From the NCBI RefSeq assembly GCF_003550015.1, contig NZ_QXEV01000004.1:50728-114727 (forward strand): a stretch of DNA of 64,000 nt, read 5' to 3'. This DNA is from Anaeroplasma bactoclasticum (GTDB lineage Bacteria; Bacillota_I; Bacilli_A; Acholeplasmatales; Anaeroplasmataceae). The notes beneath the pieces were generated by a model that ran no database searches, had not been told where the DNA came from, and saw only the letters and a list, made by a program, of their open reading frames with translations. Within the stretch, counting starts at the first letter, position 1. Every line of letters starts with the position of its first letter. This document shows, in pieces, positions 19,527 to 29,216 of this stretch. Position numbers and translations under genes: made by a program.

Positions 19527-20270
19527 TTAGTCTAAAATATGGTACAAAAAATAAGGAACTTGTTCTAACCAGCTAGGCCAATCGTGAGGTCTGTCATACC
19601 CCCAATAATCTACCCAGGCAGGAACACCTAAATTCTTTAATGCCTTATCTACTTTTCTAGTTTCTTCTAAGCATACATCTTCCCATGCACCCTGTCCTAC
19701 ACAAATGATAATTCGTGCCTGCTTATAAAGCTCTATATATGGATGATTCTTATGCATAACCTGCAAAGAATCTAAAGGCGAATTTAAGAAAGTTAATTCA
19801 TCAGCATAATCCTTAATAAAGAATCCAGAATGATATATACCAGATAAAGCCAATACCTGATTAAAGATATCTGGTCTTCTTACTAAGAAGTTTAGGGCAT
19901 GATATGCGCCTAAGGATAGGCCAAATGTCATAATACCATTCGAATTACTATTATTAATTTCATATACTCTTGGAACAAATTCATTAATTATATAATTAAA
20001 ATATGCTTCTTGAGCTAATATGCGGTCTTTAGGATTTTTCCATGTAGCACTCCAAGATTCATTATCTAGGCCATCCACGCAAAAAACCTGAATTCTTCCT
20101 TGTTCAATATAAGGCTCCATTGCGCCAATTAAGCCATGGTCCTCATAATCATAGAATCTCTTTGCCTCTGCTGGAAATGCAATACAAGGTTTCCCAGCAT
20201 GGCCAAAAACCTTAAATTCCATATCTCTTCCCAAAATATTACTGTATTCCTTGTAATATTCAACCTTCAT
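19527..20270 (-). CDS. esterase family alpha/beta hydrolase
   Basis: PF00756-like putative esterase (FGLSLGAYHALN nucleophile elbow). Confidence 0.6.
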   Translation of the reverse strand: MKVEYYKEYSNILGRDMEFKVFGHAGKPCIAFPAEAKRFYDYEDHGLIGAMEPYIEQGRIQVFCVDGLDNESWSATWKNPKDRILAQEAYFNYIINEFVPRVYEINNSNSNGIMTFGLSLGAYHALNFLVRRPDIFNQVLALSGIYHSGFFIKDYADELTFLNSPLDSLQVMHKNHPYIELYKQARIIICVGQGAWEDVCLEETRKVDKALKNLGVPAWVDYWGYDRPHDWPSWLEQVPYFLYHILD

Positions 20271-20274
20271 ATTA

Positions 20275-21090
20275 TCACTCCTTGTGCTTTTTTTCTCCTA
20301 GTATTGTTACAGTCATGTTAGGCTCTACAGAGGATGTAATAAATACATTAGAGCCTAAGGTTGTATTTTCACCAATAATGGTTTCACCACCAAATACGGA
20401 AGCACCAGAATAAATGGTAACATTATCCTTTACTGTGGGATGTCTTTTTGTACCAGAAAGCTTTTGACCCTCTCTTAAGGATAATGCACCTAAGGTTACA
20501 CCTTGGTATAGCTTTACATGCTTACCAATGATAGATGTTTCACCTATAACTATACCTGTACCATGGTCAATGAAGAAATATGCATCAATTTTTGCACCTG
20601 GGTGTATATCTATTCCAGTTTTACCATGTGCATATTCTGTTAGTGCTCTTGGTAGGATTGGTACTTCTAGTTCATATAATACATGAGCAATTCTATATAT
20701 AAAAATTGCAGTTAAGCCAGGATAAGTCAAAATGATTTCTGATTTTGTTTTTGCAGCTGGATCTCCATCAAATAAAGCCTGTAAATCCGTTTGAATTAAT
20801 TCGTCTACTTCTGGTATATGATTAAAGAAGCAATCAATCATGTTTTCACATAATAAAGATTTCTTTGTAATACGCTCTACTGCTCTTAATAGCTTATGTA
20901 AGTAATAACGTATTGCATCCATCTTTTCATCCATATAATCCGATAGAATATTGACATGCTCTACATATCCGGGGAATAAGAAACCCTTCATATTATCTAA
21001 AAAGCCAATGACATCTTCTTCTTGTAATGCATCATCGGATATTTCTATATTTTTCTTAGCTTTAAGCCATTTTTCAAAATTTGTATCCAT
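20275..21090 (-). CDS. cysE: serine O-acetyltransferase
   Basis: SATase N-domain followed by hexapeptide repeats (IHPGAKIDAYFFIDHGTGIVIGETSIIG). Confidence 0.8.
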   Translation of the reverse strand: MDTNFEKWLKAKKNIEISDDALQEEDVIGFLDNMKGFLFPGYVEHVNILSDYMDEKMDAIRYYLHKLLRAVERITKKSLLCENMIDCFFNHIPEVDELIQTDLQALFDGDPAAKTKSEIILTYPGLTAIFIYRIAHVLYELEVPILPRALTEYAHGKTGIDIHPGAKIDAYFFIDHGTGIVIGETSIIGKHVKLYQGVTLGALSLREGQKLSGTKRHPTVKDNVTIYSGASVFGGETIIGENTTLGSNVFITSSVEPNMTVTILGEKKHKE

Positions 21091-21209
21091 AATTAATCAC
21101 TCCATTTCTTACATTATAACTTTTTTTAAAAGTAATTCAAAGTATAAAAGCACTTTCTATATCAAATTAAGAACAATTTATTATATAATGATACCAAGGG
21201 GGTAAACCT

Positions 21210-22046
21210 ATGAAAACAATTGAACCTGATGTTATTACTAAAGAGGTTAAAAGACTTGCGATAGAGGCTGCAACCTATTTAGAAAAAGACGTTCTTGATG
21301 TACTTGAATGTGCCAAGAATAAGGAATGTGGGCTTGCCAAATCGATATTAGAGCAGATTATAGAAAATGACAATTTAGCAGCAAGTGAAAATGTTCCAAT
21401 GTGCCAAGATACTGGTATTACTATCGTTTTTGTAGAAATAGGAAACGAAGTATATATTCCTGGAGATATTTATGATGCGATCAATAAAGGAATATCTTTA
21501 GGCTATACAGAAGGATATTTAAGAAAAAGTGTAGTTAAATCACCACTAAACCGAATGAATACTAAGGATAACACTCCTGCAATCGTACATATTAAGCATG
21601 TCTTAGGTGATACATTAAAAATAACTGTATGCCCTAAGGGAGCTGGAAGCGAAAATATGAGCAGGGTTAAAATGCTAGTTCCTGCAGATGGAATTCAAGG
21701 AATTAAGGATTTTGTTCTTACTACAGTAAAAGAGGCTGGTGGTAGACCATGCCCACCATTAATTGTTGGTGTTGGTATTGGTGGAGACTTAGAAAAATGC
21801 GCATTATTGGCCAAAGAATCACTTTTAAGACCTATTGATGATGAATCTAGTGATTTAGATGCAAAAAGTCTTGAAAAAGAATTATTTGAAGAAATTAATA
21901 AGCTAAATATTGGTCCTATGGGACTAGGTGGAAAAACAACTGCTTTAGCAGTTAAAGTAAATTTATATCCATGTCATATTGCATCCTTACCTGTAGCGGT
22001 AAATATACAATGTCATGCATCTCGTCATAAGGTGGTGATTTTATGA
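21210..22046 (+). CDS. Fe-S hydro-lyase (class I fumarate/tartrate), alpha subunit
   Basis: 278 aa matching the FumA/TtdA alpha family. Confidence 0.8.
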   Translation: MKTIEPDVITKEVKRLAIEAATYLEKDVLDVLECAKNKECGLAKSILEQIIENDNLAASENVPMCQDTGITIVFVEIGNEVYIPGDIYDAINKGISLGYTEGYLRKSVVKSPLNRMNTKDNTPAIVHIKHVLGDTLKITVCPKGAGSENMSRVKMLVPADGIQGIKDFVLTTVKEAGGRPCPPLIVGVGIGGDLEKCALLAKESLLRPIDDESSDLDAKSLEKELFEEINKLNIGPMGLGGKTTALAVKVNLYPCHIASLPVAVNIQCHASRHKVVIL

Positions 22047-22570
22047 TAATCAACTACCCTTTAGATAAAGATAAGCTAAAAGATATACATGTAGGTGATG
22101 TTATTGAATTTAGTGGAGTTATTTATACTGCAAGAGATGCAGCTCATATGAGAATTAAAAATATGCTTGAAAAAGGTGAAGAATTACCAGTAGATTTTAA
22201 TGAAGCATTCATTTATTATGCAGGACCTACTCCAACAAAGCCAGGTCATGTTATTGGTTCTATTGGTCCAACTACTTCTTCACGTATGGATATGTTTGCA
22301 CCTATGATGAGACAATTAAATGTTTGTGCAACCATTGGTAAGGGGCCAAGAGATAATGCTTGCACAAAGTATTATCAGGATAATCATATTTTATATTTCA
22401 TTACAACAGGTGGCTGTGGAGCACTTCTTTCTAAAGCTGTTAAAAAAGCTAAAGAAATTGCATTTTTAGATTTAGGCCCTGAATCTATTAAAAGATTAGA
22501 GGTTGAAGGATTTAAAATGATTTGTGCTATAGATTATTATGGAAATAATATTTTTGATGGGGGAAAGTAA
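22043..22570 (+). CDS. Fe-S hydro-lyase, beta subunit
   Basis: 175 aa, translationally coupled to the alpha subunit. Confidence 0.8.
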   Translation: MIINYPLDKDKLKDIHVGDVIEFSGVIYTARDAAHMRIKNMLEKGEELPVDFNEAFIYYAGPTPTKPGHVIGSIGPTTSSRMDMFAPMMRQLNVCATIGKGPRDNACTKYYQDNHILYFITTGGCGALLSKAVKKAKEIAFLDLGPESIKRLEVEGFKMICAIDYYGNNIFDGGK

Positions 22571-22572
22571 AA

Positions 22573-23757
22573 ATGGGTTTAAAGGAAGAGGCATTAGCCT
22601 TACATAAGGAGCATCAAGGAAAGCTTGAAATTCATTCTAAGGTAAGAATTAAGGATCAACACGATTTAGCATTAGCATATACACCTGGTGTTGCATATGC
22701 TTGTAAAGAAATTGAAGCAAATCCAATGGATGCTTATGTTTATACTGCAAAATCTAATATGGTTGCAGTTATCACAGATGGTTCTGCAGTACTTGGTTTA
22801 GGAAATATTGGACCATACGCTGCAATTCCAGTAATGGAGGGTAAATCCATTTTATTAAAAGAGCTCGCAGGAGTTGATTCCTTCCCTCTTTGTCTTAAAA
22901 CACAGGATGTTGAAGAAATCATTACAACTATCAAATATTTAGAGCCAACTCTAGGAGCAATTAATCTTGAAGATATATCCGCTCCAAGATGTGTTACTAT
23001 TGAAAGAAGATTAATTGAGGAAATGGATATTCCTGTATTCCATGATGACCAGCATGGTACATCCATTATTGTAGCTTCTGCATTTATTAATATTCAAAGA
23101 TTAACAAAAAGAAATCTTAAGGATATGAGAGTTGTATTATCTGGTACAGGAGCTGCAGGGTCTATGGTAGCTCGTATGCTAAAAAAAATAGGTGTAGGAA
23201 CAATCAATGCATATAATATTTGTGGTGTTGTTGATAAGAATAAATATGATTCCTATGATTTCTTAATTAAAGAGCTTATTGATGATGGTATCTTTGATAC
23301 ACCAGATAATCACGATAATACACTTGCTTCTATTTTAAAGGGCGCAGATGCCTTTATCGGAGTATCCGCACCAAACCTTGTATCTAAAGATATGGTTAAA
23401 TCTATGGCGAAGGACCCAATTGTATTTGCGATGGCAAATCCTACTCCAGAGATTTCATATAATGATGCAAAGGAAGCTGGAGCTTATATTGTAGGTTCTG
23501 GTAGAAGTGATTTTCCAAATCAAATTAATAATGTATTAGCCTTCCCAGGAATCTTTAGAGGAGCATTAGATGTTAAAGCAAAAAAGATTAATGAGGAAAT
23601 GAAGATTGCAGCAGCATATGCTATTGCATCTATTATTAAGGATGAAGAATTATCTCCAGATTATATTGTACCAGGAGCATTCGATAAAAGAGTTGTTCCT
23701 GCTGTTGCAAAGGCTGTTAGTGAAGCAGCAATTAAAACTGGGGTTGCTAATAAGTAA
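22573..23757 (+). CDS. NAD(P)-dependent malic enzyme
   Basis: YTPGVA and GTGAAG motifs; short prokaryotic malic enzyme form. Confidence 0.85.
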   Translation: MGLKEEALALHKEHQGKLEIHSKVRIKDQHDLALAYTPGVAYACKEIEANPMDAYVYTAKSNMVAVITDGSAVLGLGNIGPYAAIPVMEGKSILLKELAGVDSFPLCLKTQDVEEIITTIKYLEPTLGAINLEDISAPRCVTIERRLIEEMDIPVFHDDQHGTSIIVASAFINIQRLTKRNLKDMRVVLSGTGAAGSMVARMLKKIGVGTINAYNICGVVDKNKYDSYDFLIKELIDDGIFDTPDNHDNTLASILKGADAFIGVSAPNLVSKDMVKSMAKDPIVFAMANPTPEISYNDAKEAGAYIVGSGRSDFPNQINNVLAFPGIFRGALDVKAKKINEEMKIAAAYAIASIIKDEELSPDYIVPGAFDKRVVPAVAKAVSEAAIKTGVANK

Positions 23758-23781
23758 AAGGGATTCAAAAATCCCTTTTTC
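23758..23781 (+). terminator. rho-independent terminator
   Basis: AAGGGATT-caaaa-ATCCCTT followed by TTTC. Confidence 0.7.
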
Positions 23782-23825
23782 TTATACGAAAAAAATGCCC
23801 ATGCCTAAGCATGAGCATTATTATT

Positions 23826-26471
23826 TTATTCTTCTAAATCACGAACGATACGAATTGCTGTACCATTAGTACATAAAATCATCTTTAATGCATCCTCATC
23901 AAACTTTTCAGCATAGATGACAAGCTTACGATCTAATGTACCTCTTGCCTTAACACGAAGGATATTTCCCTTCTGGCAAATATGAGCACTCTTTAACATA
24001 TCTAACTGAATAACAGAACCTTCTTCGAAGTGTAAGCATAATGTATCAAGATATACAACTGCTTCTTCCTCTTCCTCTTCTAAAGGCTCACCAGGAATCA
24101 TTGGTAAGTAATCAATTAAATTATCTGGCATTTCTTCAGGAATACCATTTACATTCATAGTATCCTGTAGATACCATGCTTCCATACCTAAGTTACCTAA
24201 AATAGCTTCACCATTTGGAATTAACTGAGTGATGAAGTTTGTAGGCTCAAAGTTTCTCTTTGGCTTAACAAGACGGTTAGCAAACATTAAGTCGATTAAT
24301 TCCTTGCAGTACTTTAATGCACGATCAGAACGAACCTTAATCATTACTGGAACTTCTTGATACTGCTTCTTGTCAGAAACATCCTTTAAATGATACTTTG
24401 GATACTGTTCAATAATAGCTGGATCTAATGCTAAGAATACCTTAACAGCCTTTCCACCTAATGCAAGCTTAGCAACTAAGCCCTTGTATCTGAAGGATTC
24501 GCATCTAGCAGAGCATCTACCCTTAGCACGATACATCATTAAGTAGTTCTTAACTTCGTTATAATATTCCTTAGTTTCATAAGGAGCGAACATCATCTTT
24601 GTATTGAACTTACGCTTAATCTTCTTTGGCTGACCATTTTCGTCAACTGCAACATATTCTTGAACTTCGATGTTAGACTCAAGAGTCTTTTCATGTGGTT
24701 CAGATGGAGTTTCATCAGCTTCCTCTTCCTCATCATAAGGATTCTCTTCGTCTTCATCATCTTCTTCTTCAGCTTCTTCATCGTCTTCTTCAGACTCTTC
24801 AGTTGCCTCTTCAGGCTTTTCTTCTTCAGCTGGCTTTTCTTCTTCAGCTGGCTTTTCTTCTTCCTTTTCAGGAACAGAATTTAAGAATTCATCAAATTCA
24901 TCTGTTTCTTCAGCCTTAGGCTCTTCAGTAACTTCCTCAGGCTGTTCTTCTTCAACAACTTCTTCAGTTGCCTCTTCAGGTTGAGTTTCTTCCTCTTCGT
25001 AAGGATTACCTTCCTCTTCCTTTTCCTCTTCAGCCTTTTCTTCTTCACCGTATTGAGCAGCGTAGATAGCCTCATCCTCTTCAGTAAGAGCAAATGGATC
25101 TTCCTTCTCTTTTCTTTCCTTTTCAGCTCTAGCTTCTTCTTCAGCAGCTTCCTTAGCAGCCTGCTTTTCTTCCTTCTTCTGAGCAATCTGCTCTTCAGCT
25201 TCCTTAGCAATAATAGCAGCCATTGGATCGAAGTTTCTAATACGTAAGATCTGAATTACTACGCCTAATACGAATAATACCATATAAACAATACCAACAA
25301 CTAATAATAAAATGTTAGATGTTAATAATGCGAAATCAGAAATTGCATAAGAAATAAAGAATGGTAAGCCTAAGCCTGTAGCTAGGATTAAAGAAATTAA
25401 TACCCAGTCAGTCTTAATTGGCTCTGTATTATTGAAATCACGGAAAACAAATAATAATGCGCCTAAAACAACACCAATTAATAATGCAACAGCAGAGCAT
25501 ACATAAATTGTTATAGCTCCAGCAGGTAAATGTAAGTTATTTGTCATTAAACGATATACATCACCAGAACCAATTGCATAAGATGTAGCAATAGTAATTA
25601 ATCCAACAGCTACTACGGAAATAATAACTGCAGCAAGTACATTATATTTTGTGAAAATATTTCTATAATATGTTCTAGCCTTATCACGGTTTGTATCATA
25701 AATAACATCCTTGTTATAGAATACAGAACGAACGATAATTCCACCCATTGTTAATAGGATTAAGATTAATAATAGCTTTGCAATGGATGATGTAATAGTA
25801 CCAGCAAGTACTACTGGGCTATAGATGGAACCAATGAATACTACTACTAAAATAGCATCTAACCAGTTTGTATCAGAATCCTTATCTAATGCAGAAATTA
25901 ATAATACAGCTAATAATGCAGCAGCACCACCGATTAAATAGAACTTAGTATCTTTAGAATATACATTCTGTAATACACCATTCTTAGCTAAAATGCTTAA
26001 AACAATAGCAACAACCATACCTAATACAACTAAGCAAATAGGATTGTAGCGATATCCTAAGGCACTAAAGTATGCCTTCATACCAGCCTGACCAGCATCT
26101 TGTGTAATAGCAGTAAAACGAACTATAATTTCAACCAAGAATACTGCAGCAAGCACAAAGTATATAATCATAGCTACATTGTGGCCACCAGCTAACAATG
26201 CTAAAACTCCAAGTACAATATTGGATACTAAGAATGTAATACGAATAAAGTCTGTCATATTGACTTTATCATGTCTTAGACCGGAGAAGCCAACGATTGC
26301 TCCACCAATCATTACTGCTAAGACTGCAGCCTGTGCTAATGTAGCGTAATTTTGTGGTAGGAAAGTCATCTTGTAAACGAACCAACCAAGAACACCAAAC
26401 AAAATAATTACAGCTAGTGTAGCGATTACTCCGAATGATTTAAAATAGCTTTTTAAATAATTCTTCTTCAT
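23826..26471 (-). CDS. uncharacterised 881-aa polytopic membrane protein: ~12 TM helices, a ~170-aa poly-Glu acidic linker and an unassigned ~300-aa C-terminal domain
   Basis: The direct translation shows TM helices up to ~aa 410. The following 170 aa are about 50% E/D (EEKPAEEEKPAEEEKPEE...). The remainder is a globular C-terminal domain (…YRAKGRCSARCESFRYKGLVAKLALGGKAVKVF…). No known family was recognised. Confidence 0.6.
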   Translation of the reverse strand: MKKNYLKSYFKSFGVIATLAVIILFGVLGWFVYKMTFLPQNYATLAQAAVLAVMIGGAIVGFSGLRHDKVNMTDFIRITFLVSNIVLGVLALLAGGHNVAMIIYFVLAAVFLVEIIVRFTAITQDAGQAGMKAYFSALGYRYNPICLVVLGMVVAIVLSILAKNGVLQNVYSKDTKFYLIGGAAALLAVLLISALDKDSDTNWLDAILVVVFIGSIYSPVVLAGTITSSIAKLLLILILLTMGGIIVRSVFYNKDVIYDTNRDKARTYYRNIFTKYNVLAAVIISVVAVGLITIATSYAIGSGDVYRLMTNNLHLPAGAITIYVCSAVALLIGVVLGALLFVFRDFNNTEPIKTDWVLISLILATGLGLPFFISYAISDFALLTSNILLLVVGIVYMVLFVLGVVIQILRIRNFDPMAAIIAKEAEEQIAQKKEEKQAAKEAAEEEARAEKERKEKEDPFALTEEDEAIYAAQYGEEEKAEEEKEEEGNPYEEEETQPEEATEEVVEEEQPEEVTEEPKAEETDEFDEFLNSVPEKEEEKPAEEEKPAEEEKPEEATEESEEDDEEAEEEDDEDEENPYDEEEEADETPSEPHEKTLESNIEVQEYVAVDENGQPKKIKRKFNTKMMFAPYETKEYYNEVKNYLMMYRAKGRCSARCESFRYKGLVAKLALGGKAVKVFLALDPAIIEQYPKYHLKDVSDKKQYQEVPVMIKVRSDRALKYCKELIDLMFANRLVKPKRNFEPTNFITQLIPNGEAILGNLGMEAWYLQDTMNVNGIPEEMPDNLIDYLPMIPGEPLEEEEEEAVVYLDTLCLHFEEGSVIQLDMLKSAHICQKGNILRVKARGTLDRKLVIYAEKFDEDALKMILCTNGTAIRIVRDLEE
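24814..24864. repeat. 2.8 copies of an 18-nt tandem repeat (ggcttttcttcttcagct) inside the poly-Glu coding region
   Basis: Direct reading gives 24814..24831 and 24832..24849, followed by a partial third copy. Confidence 0.8.
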
Positions 26472-26621
26472 TTTTTTACACGCTCCTTTTATTGTAAATA
26501 AACAATCACTAATATTTTATATTGAAATGAAAGCATTTTCAAGAGTTTAAAAGAAAAAAAGTGCCGTTTTTTTCGTAAATTTCGCACTTTTTTTATTTTT
26601 TTAGATTTTTTAAACACGATG

Positions 26622-27578
26622 TTATTTATTCGCATTTTCAAATTTTTCAATAATCTTACCTACTAGTGGATGTCTTACTACATCAAAATAATCGAAAACA
26701 ATATCTCCAACCTCTGGTAAATCCCTAAGTAAATCCGCACAAAACTTAAGTCCAGATTTCTTTTGATTTGGTAAATCAATTTGTGAAATATCACCAGTAA
26801 CTACCATTTTTGAATGGAAACCCATACGTGTTAAGAACATCTTTAACTGATCTATTGTAGCATTTTGGGCCTCATCTAGGATAATAAAGGCATTTTCTAA
26901 GGTACGTCCTCTCATATAAGCTAAAGGAGCTATTTCAATGATTTGCTTTTCTATTAATGCTTCTGCATGCTCCATGCCAAGCATTTCATATAAAGCATCA
27001 TATAAAGGTCTTAAATATGGATCAACCTTTTCTTTTAAATCTCCTGGTAAAAAGCCTAAGGATTCGCCTGCTTCTACTGCTGGTCTAGTAAGGATAATTT
27101 TTTCATAATTTCCTTTTTTAAGTTCTGCTACAGCATAGCATACTGCTAAATAAGTCTTACCTGTACCTGCAGCTCCAATGGAGAATACTAAATCCTTACT
27201 TTTTAAGCATTTTAAGTACTCATCCTGCTTCAAGGTTTTTGCATATATAGGCTTATTATGTAGTGTATGGCATAATGGGTGTCTATTCGATAAGAAATTC
27301 ATATATTCCATCTTTTTTCCAATAGATACGATGTTTTCTATATAAATAACATCTCTTGGGGAAATAGCCTGATGATTTAACGACATAAACTTCATAATTT
27401 GAAATATATCCTCAAGCTTAGCTAGTATAATCGCATTATCTGTATCTGTTAATACCTGATCCCCATGGATATCAATTTGAATATTATAAATTTCTTCAAG
27501 CATTTTTAAATTTGCATTATGAATTCCAGAAATATTTCTAGAATCTTCAGCATTATCAAGTACAATATTTAACTTCAT
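26622..27578 (-). CDS. phoH: PhoH-like ATPase
   Basis: Walker A motif GAAGTGKTYLAV and PhoH family architecture. Confidence 0.85.
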   Translation of the reverse strand: MKLNIVLDNAEDSRNISGIHNANLKMLEEIYNIQIDIHGDQVLTDTDNAIILAKLEDIFQIMKFMSLNHQAISPRDVIYIENIVSIGKKMEYMNFLSNRHPLCHTLHNKPIYAKTLKQDEYLKCLKSKDLVFSIGAAGTGKTYLAVCYAVAELKKGNYEKIILTRPAVEAGESLGFLPGDLKEKVDPYLRPLYDALYEMLGMEHAEALIEKQIIEIAPLAYMRGRTLENAFIILDEAQNATIDQLKMFLTRMGFHSKMVVTGDISQIDLPNQKKSGLKFCADLLRDLPEVGDIVFDYFDVVRHPLVGKIIEKFENANK

Positions 27579-28220
27579 TTAATCCTCCAAAGTAAAGGTC
27601 ATAATTTCTTTAGTAATTGGATGTGGAAAAGATAGACTATAAGCACATAAAGGGAAATCCAGTGGATTTACTTGATTTTTACTGCCATATTTCTTATCTC
27701 CATATAAAGGATGTCCAATCGCTGACATTTGGCAGCGTATTTGATGGAATCTACCTGTATGTAATAAAATATCTACTTCCGTTACATCAAAATTATGAAT
27801 CTTATATGAAGAAATAGGCCTATATTCCAAGATGGCCTCTTGACCATCATTTCTTATATAGGATTTCTTCTCCTTCTCATCCTTATATATATAATGTTTT
27901 AATATATGGGTATTTGAATCAAGAAAAGTACCCTCTACAATAGCTTTATATCTTTTTTGAAATTCATGGGATGAAACAGATGAAGATAATCTAGAGGCAG
28001 CCTTAGAGGTTTTCGCAAAAACCATTACTCCTTTAGTATTTATGTCCAATCTATGAACAAGGCCCAGATATACATTTCCGGGCTTGTTATATTTTTCCTT
28101 TATGTAGTTTTTTAAAATTGAAAGCATATCCTCTTTATCTGAACCATCCGCTTGGGATAATATCCCTCTAGGCTTTTCACAAACTAGGATATGATTATCC
28201 TCATAAAGAATATTAACCAT
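27579..28220 (-). CDS. RluA-family pseudouridine synthase
   Basis: HRLDINTKGVMVFAK catalytic Asp motif. Confidence 0.75.
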   Translation of the reverse strand: MVNILYEDNHILVCEKPRGILSQADGSDKEDMLSILKNYIKEKYNKPGNVYLGLVHRLDINTKGVMVFAKTSKAASRLSSSVSSHEFQKRYKAIVEGTFLDSNTHILKHYIYKDEKEKKSYIRNDGQEAILEYRPISSYKIHNFDVTEVDILLHTGRFHQIRCQMSAIGHPLYGDKKYGSKNQVNPLDFPLCAYSLSFPHPITKEIMTFTLED

Positions 28221-28224
28221 TATT

Positions 28225-29100
28225 TCACCTACTAGTTTTTTGAATAATCTCTAGAAGCTTCTTTTGGTTATCATCTAATCCTAAATTCTTAGGATAGATA
28301 ATATAAATATTCTGAGTAATTTGAACATTAAGAATATCAAATTTCTTTAATCTTCCTGCTTCAATATCTTCTTTAACTGTATCATAATACATAAATGCTA
28401 AACCATCCGTTAATGGGACTAATCTTCTCATTAAATCTGGGTCATTGGATGATACAGAATAATTGTTCTTTAATTTTATATTTTTAGATTTTAATGCATT
28501 TTGAATACATTTATATAATCCACTATTCTCATCTGGCCAAATTAGTGTAGCAACAGATAGCTGTTCTCTTGTTATTCTATCCTTAGAGCCATATTGTCCC
28601 TTTGGATCACCAACTAAAACAACCTTTTCACTAGTAACAAGTGCAGATTCAAAGGCTTGAGAATCAAAGCTATTATCTACAAAGGCAAAATCGATTTTAC
28701 CAGAATCTAGTTTTTCAAATATTTCCTCATATGCATATGTATATGCATTGAATGAAGGAGTTTCATAGAAAATTTGTCTTAAATATTCAATTGGTGGAAT
28801 CATAGATTTTACCATAGGAGTAAAGCCTAAATTGCACACAAAAGAATCTTGCTTTTTCATATTAGCAAGTAAGAACTCTTCTTGTAATTTCAAGCTCTTC
28901 GCATATTCTAATAGCATTGTACCAGCCTTAGTTAGTTCAAATGTCTTAGAATTTTTGAAAAGTGCTATATCGTATTCCTTCTCAAGGGATTTAATATGAT
29001 GAGTAACTGCTGGTTGCGTAATATAAAGGCGCGCTGCAGTCTTTGAATAATTCTTTTCTTCTAATAATGTAAGAAAAGTAATCAACTTTGTATCAATCAC
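28225..29100 (-). CDS. LysR family transcriptional regulator (GTG start)
   Basis: HTH segment NYSKTAARLYITQPAVTHHIKSLE. GTG start at 29100 after a GGGAGGG RBS; the ORF-track N-extension is likely spurious. Confidence 0.75.
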   Translation of the reverse strand: MIDTKLITFLTLLEEKNYSKTAARLYITQPAVTHHIKSLEKEYDIALFKNSKTFELTKAGTMLLEYAKSLKLQEEFLLANMKKQDSFVCNLGFTPMVKSMIPPIEYLRQIFYETPSFNAYTYAYEEIFEKLDSGKIDFAFVDNSFDSQAFESALVTSEKVVLVGDPKGQYGSKDRITREQLSVATLIWPDENSGLYKCIQNALKSKNIKLKNNYSVSSNDPDLMRRLVPLTDGLAFMYYDTVKEDIEAGRLKKFDILNVQITQNIYIIYPKNLGLDDNQKKLLEIIQKTSR

Positions 29101-29216
29101 ATTTAACCCTCCCTTCCCAAAACTAAATTTATGGATTATGTTTATTATATAAAATTTATTTATAAAAATCAATAGAAAAAGACTATTGTGTGAACACAAT
29201 AGCCTTTGACTTATGC

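Noticed and set aside
22740-23066. 108-aa antisense ORF inside the malic enzyme gene
   Set aside because: It is antisense to a conserved CDS, with no start context.
24593-25247. Cluster of overlapping small ORFs on both strands (62-109 aa, K/L/R-rich or F/L/S-rich)
   Set aside because: They are mirror-image artefacts of the GAA/GAG-rich poly-Glu coding tract of the 881-aa gene. The antisense and offset frames of (GAA)n necessarily stay open (TTC/CTT/AAG/LKK).
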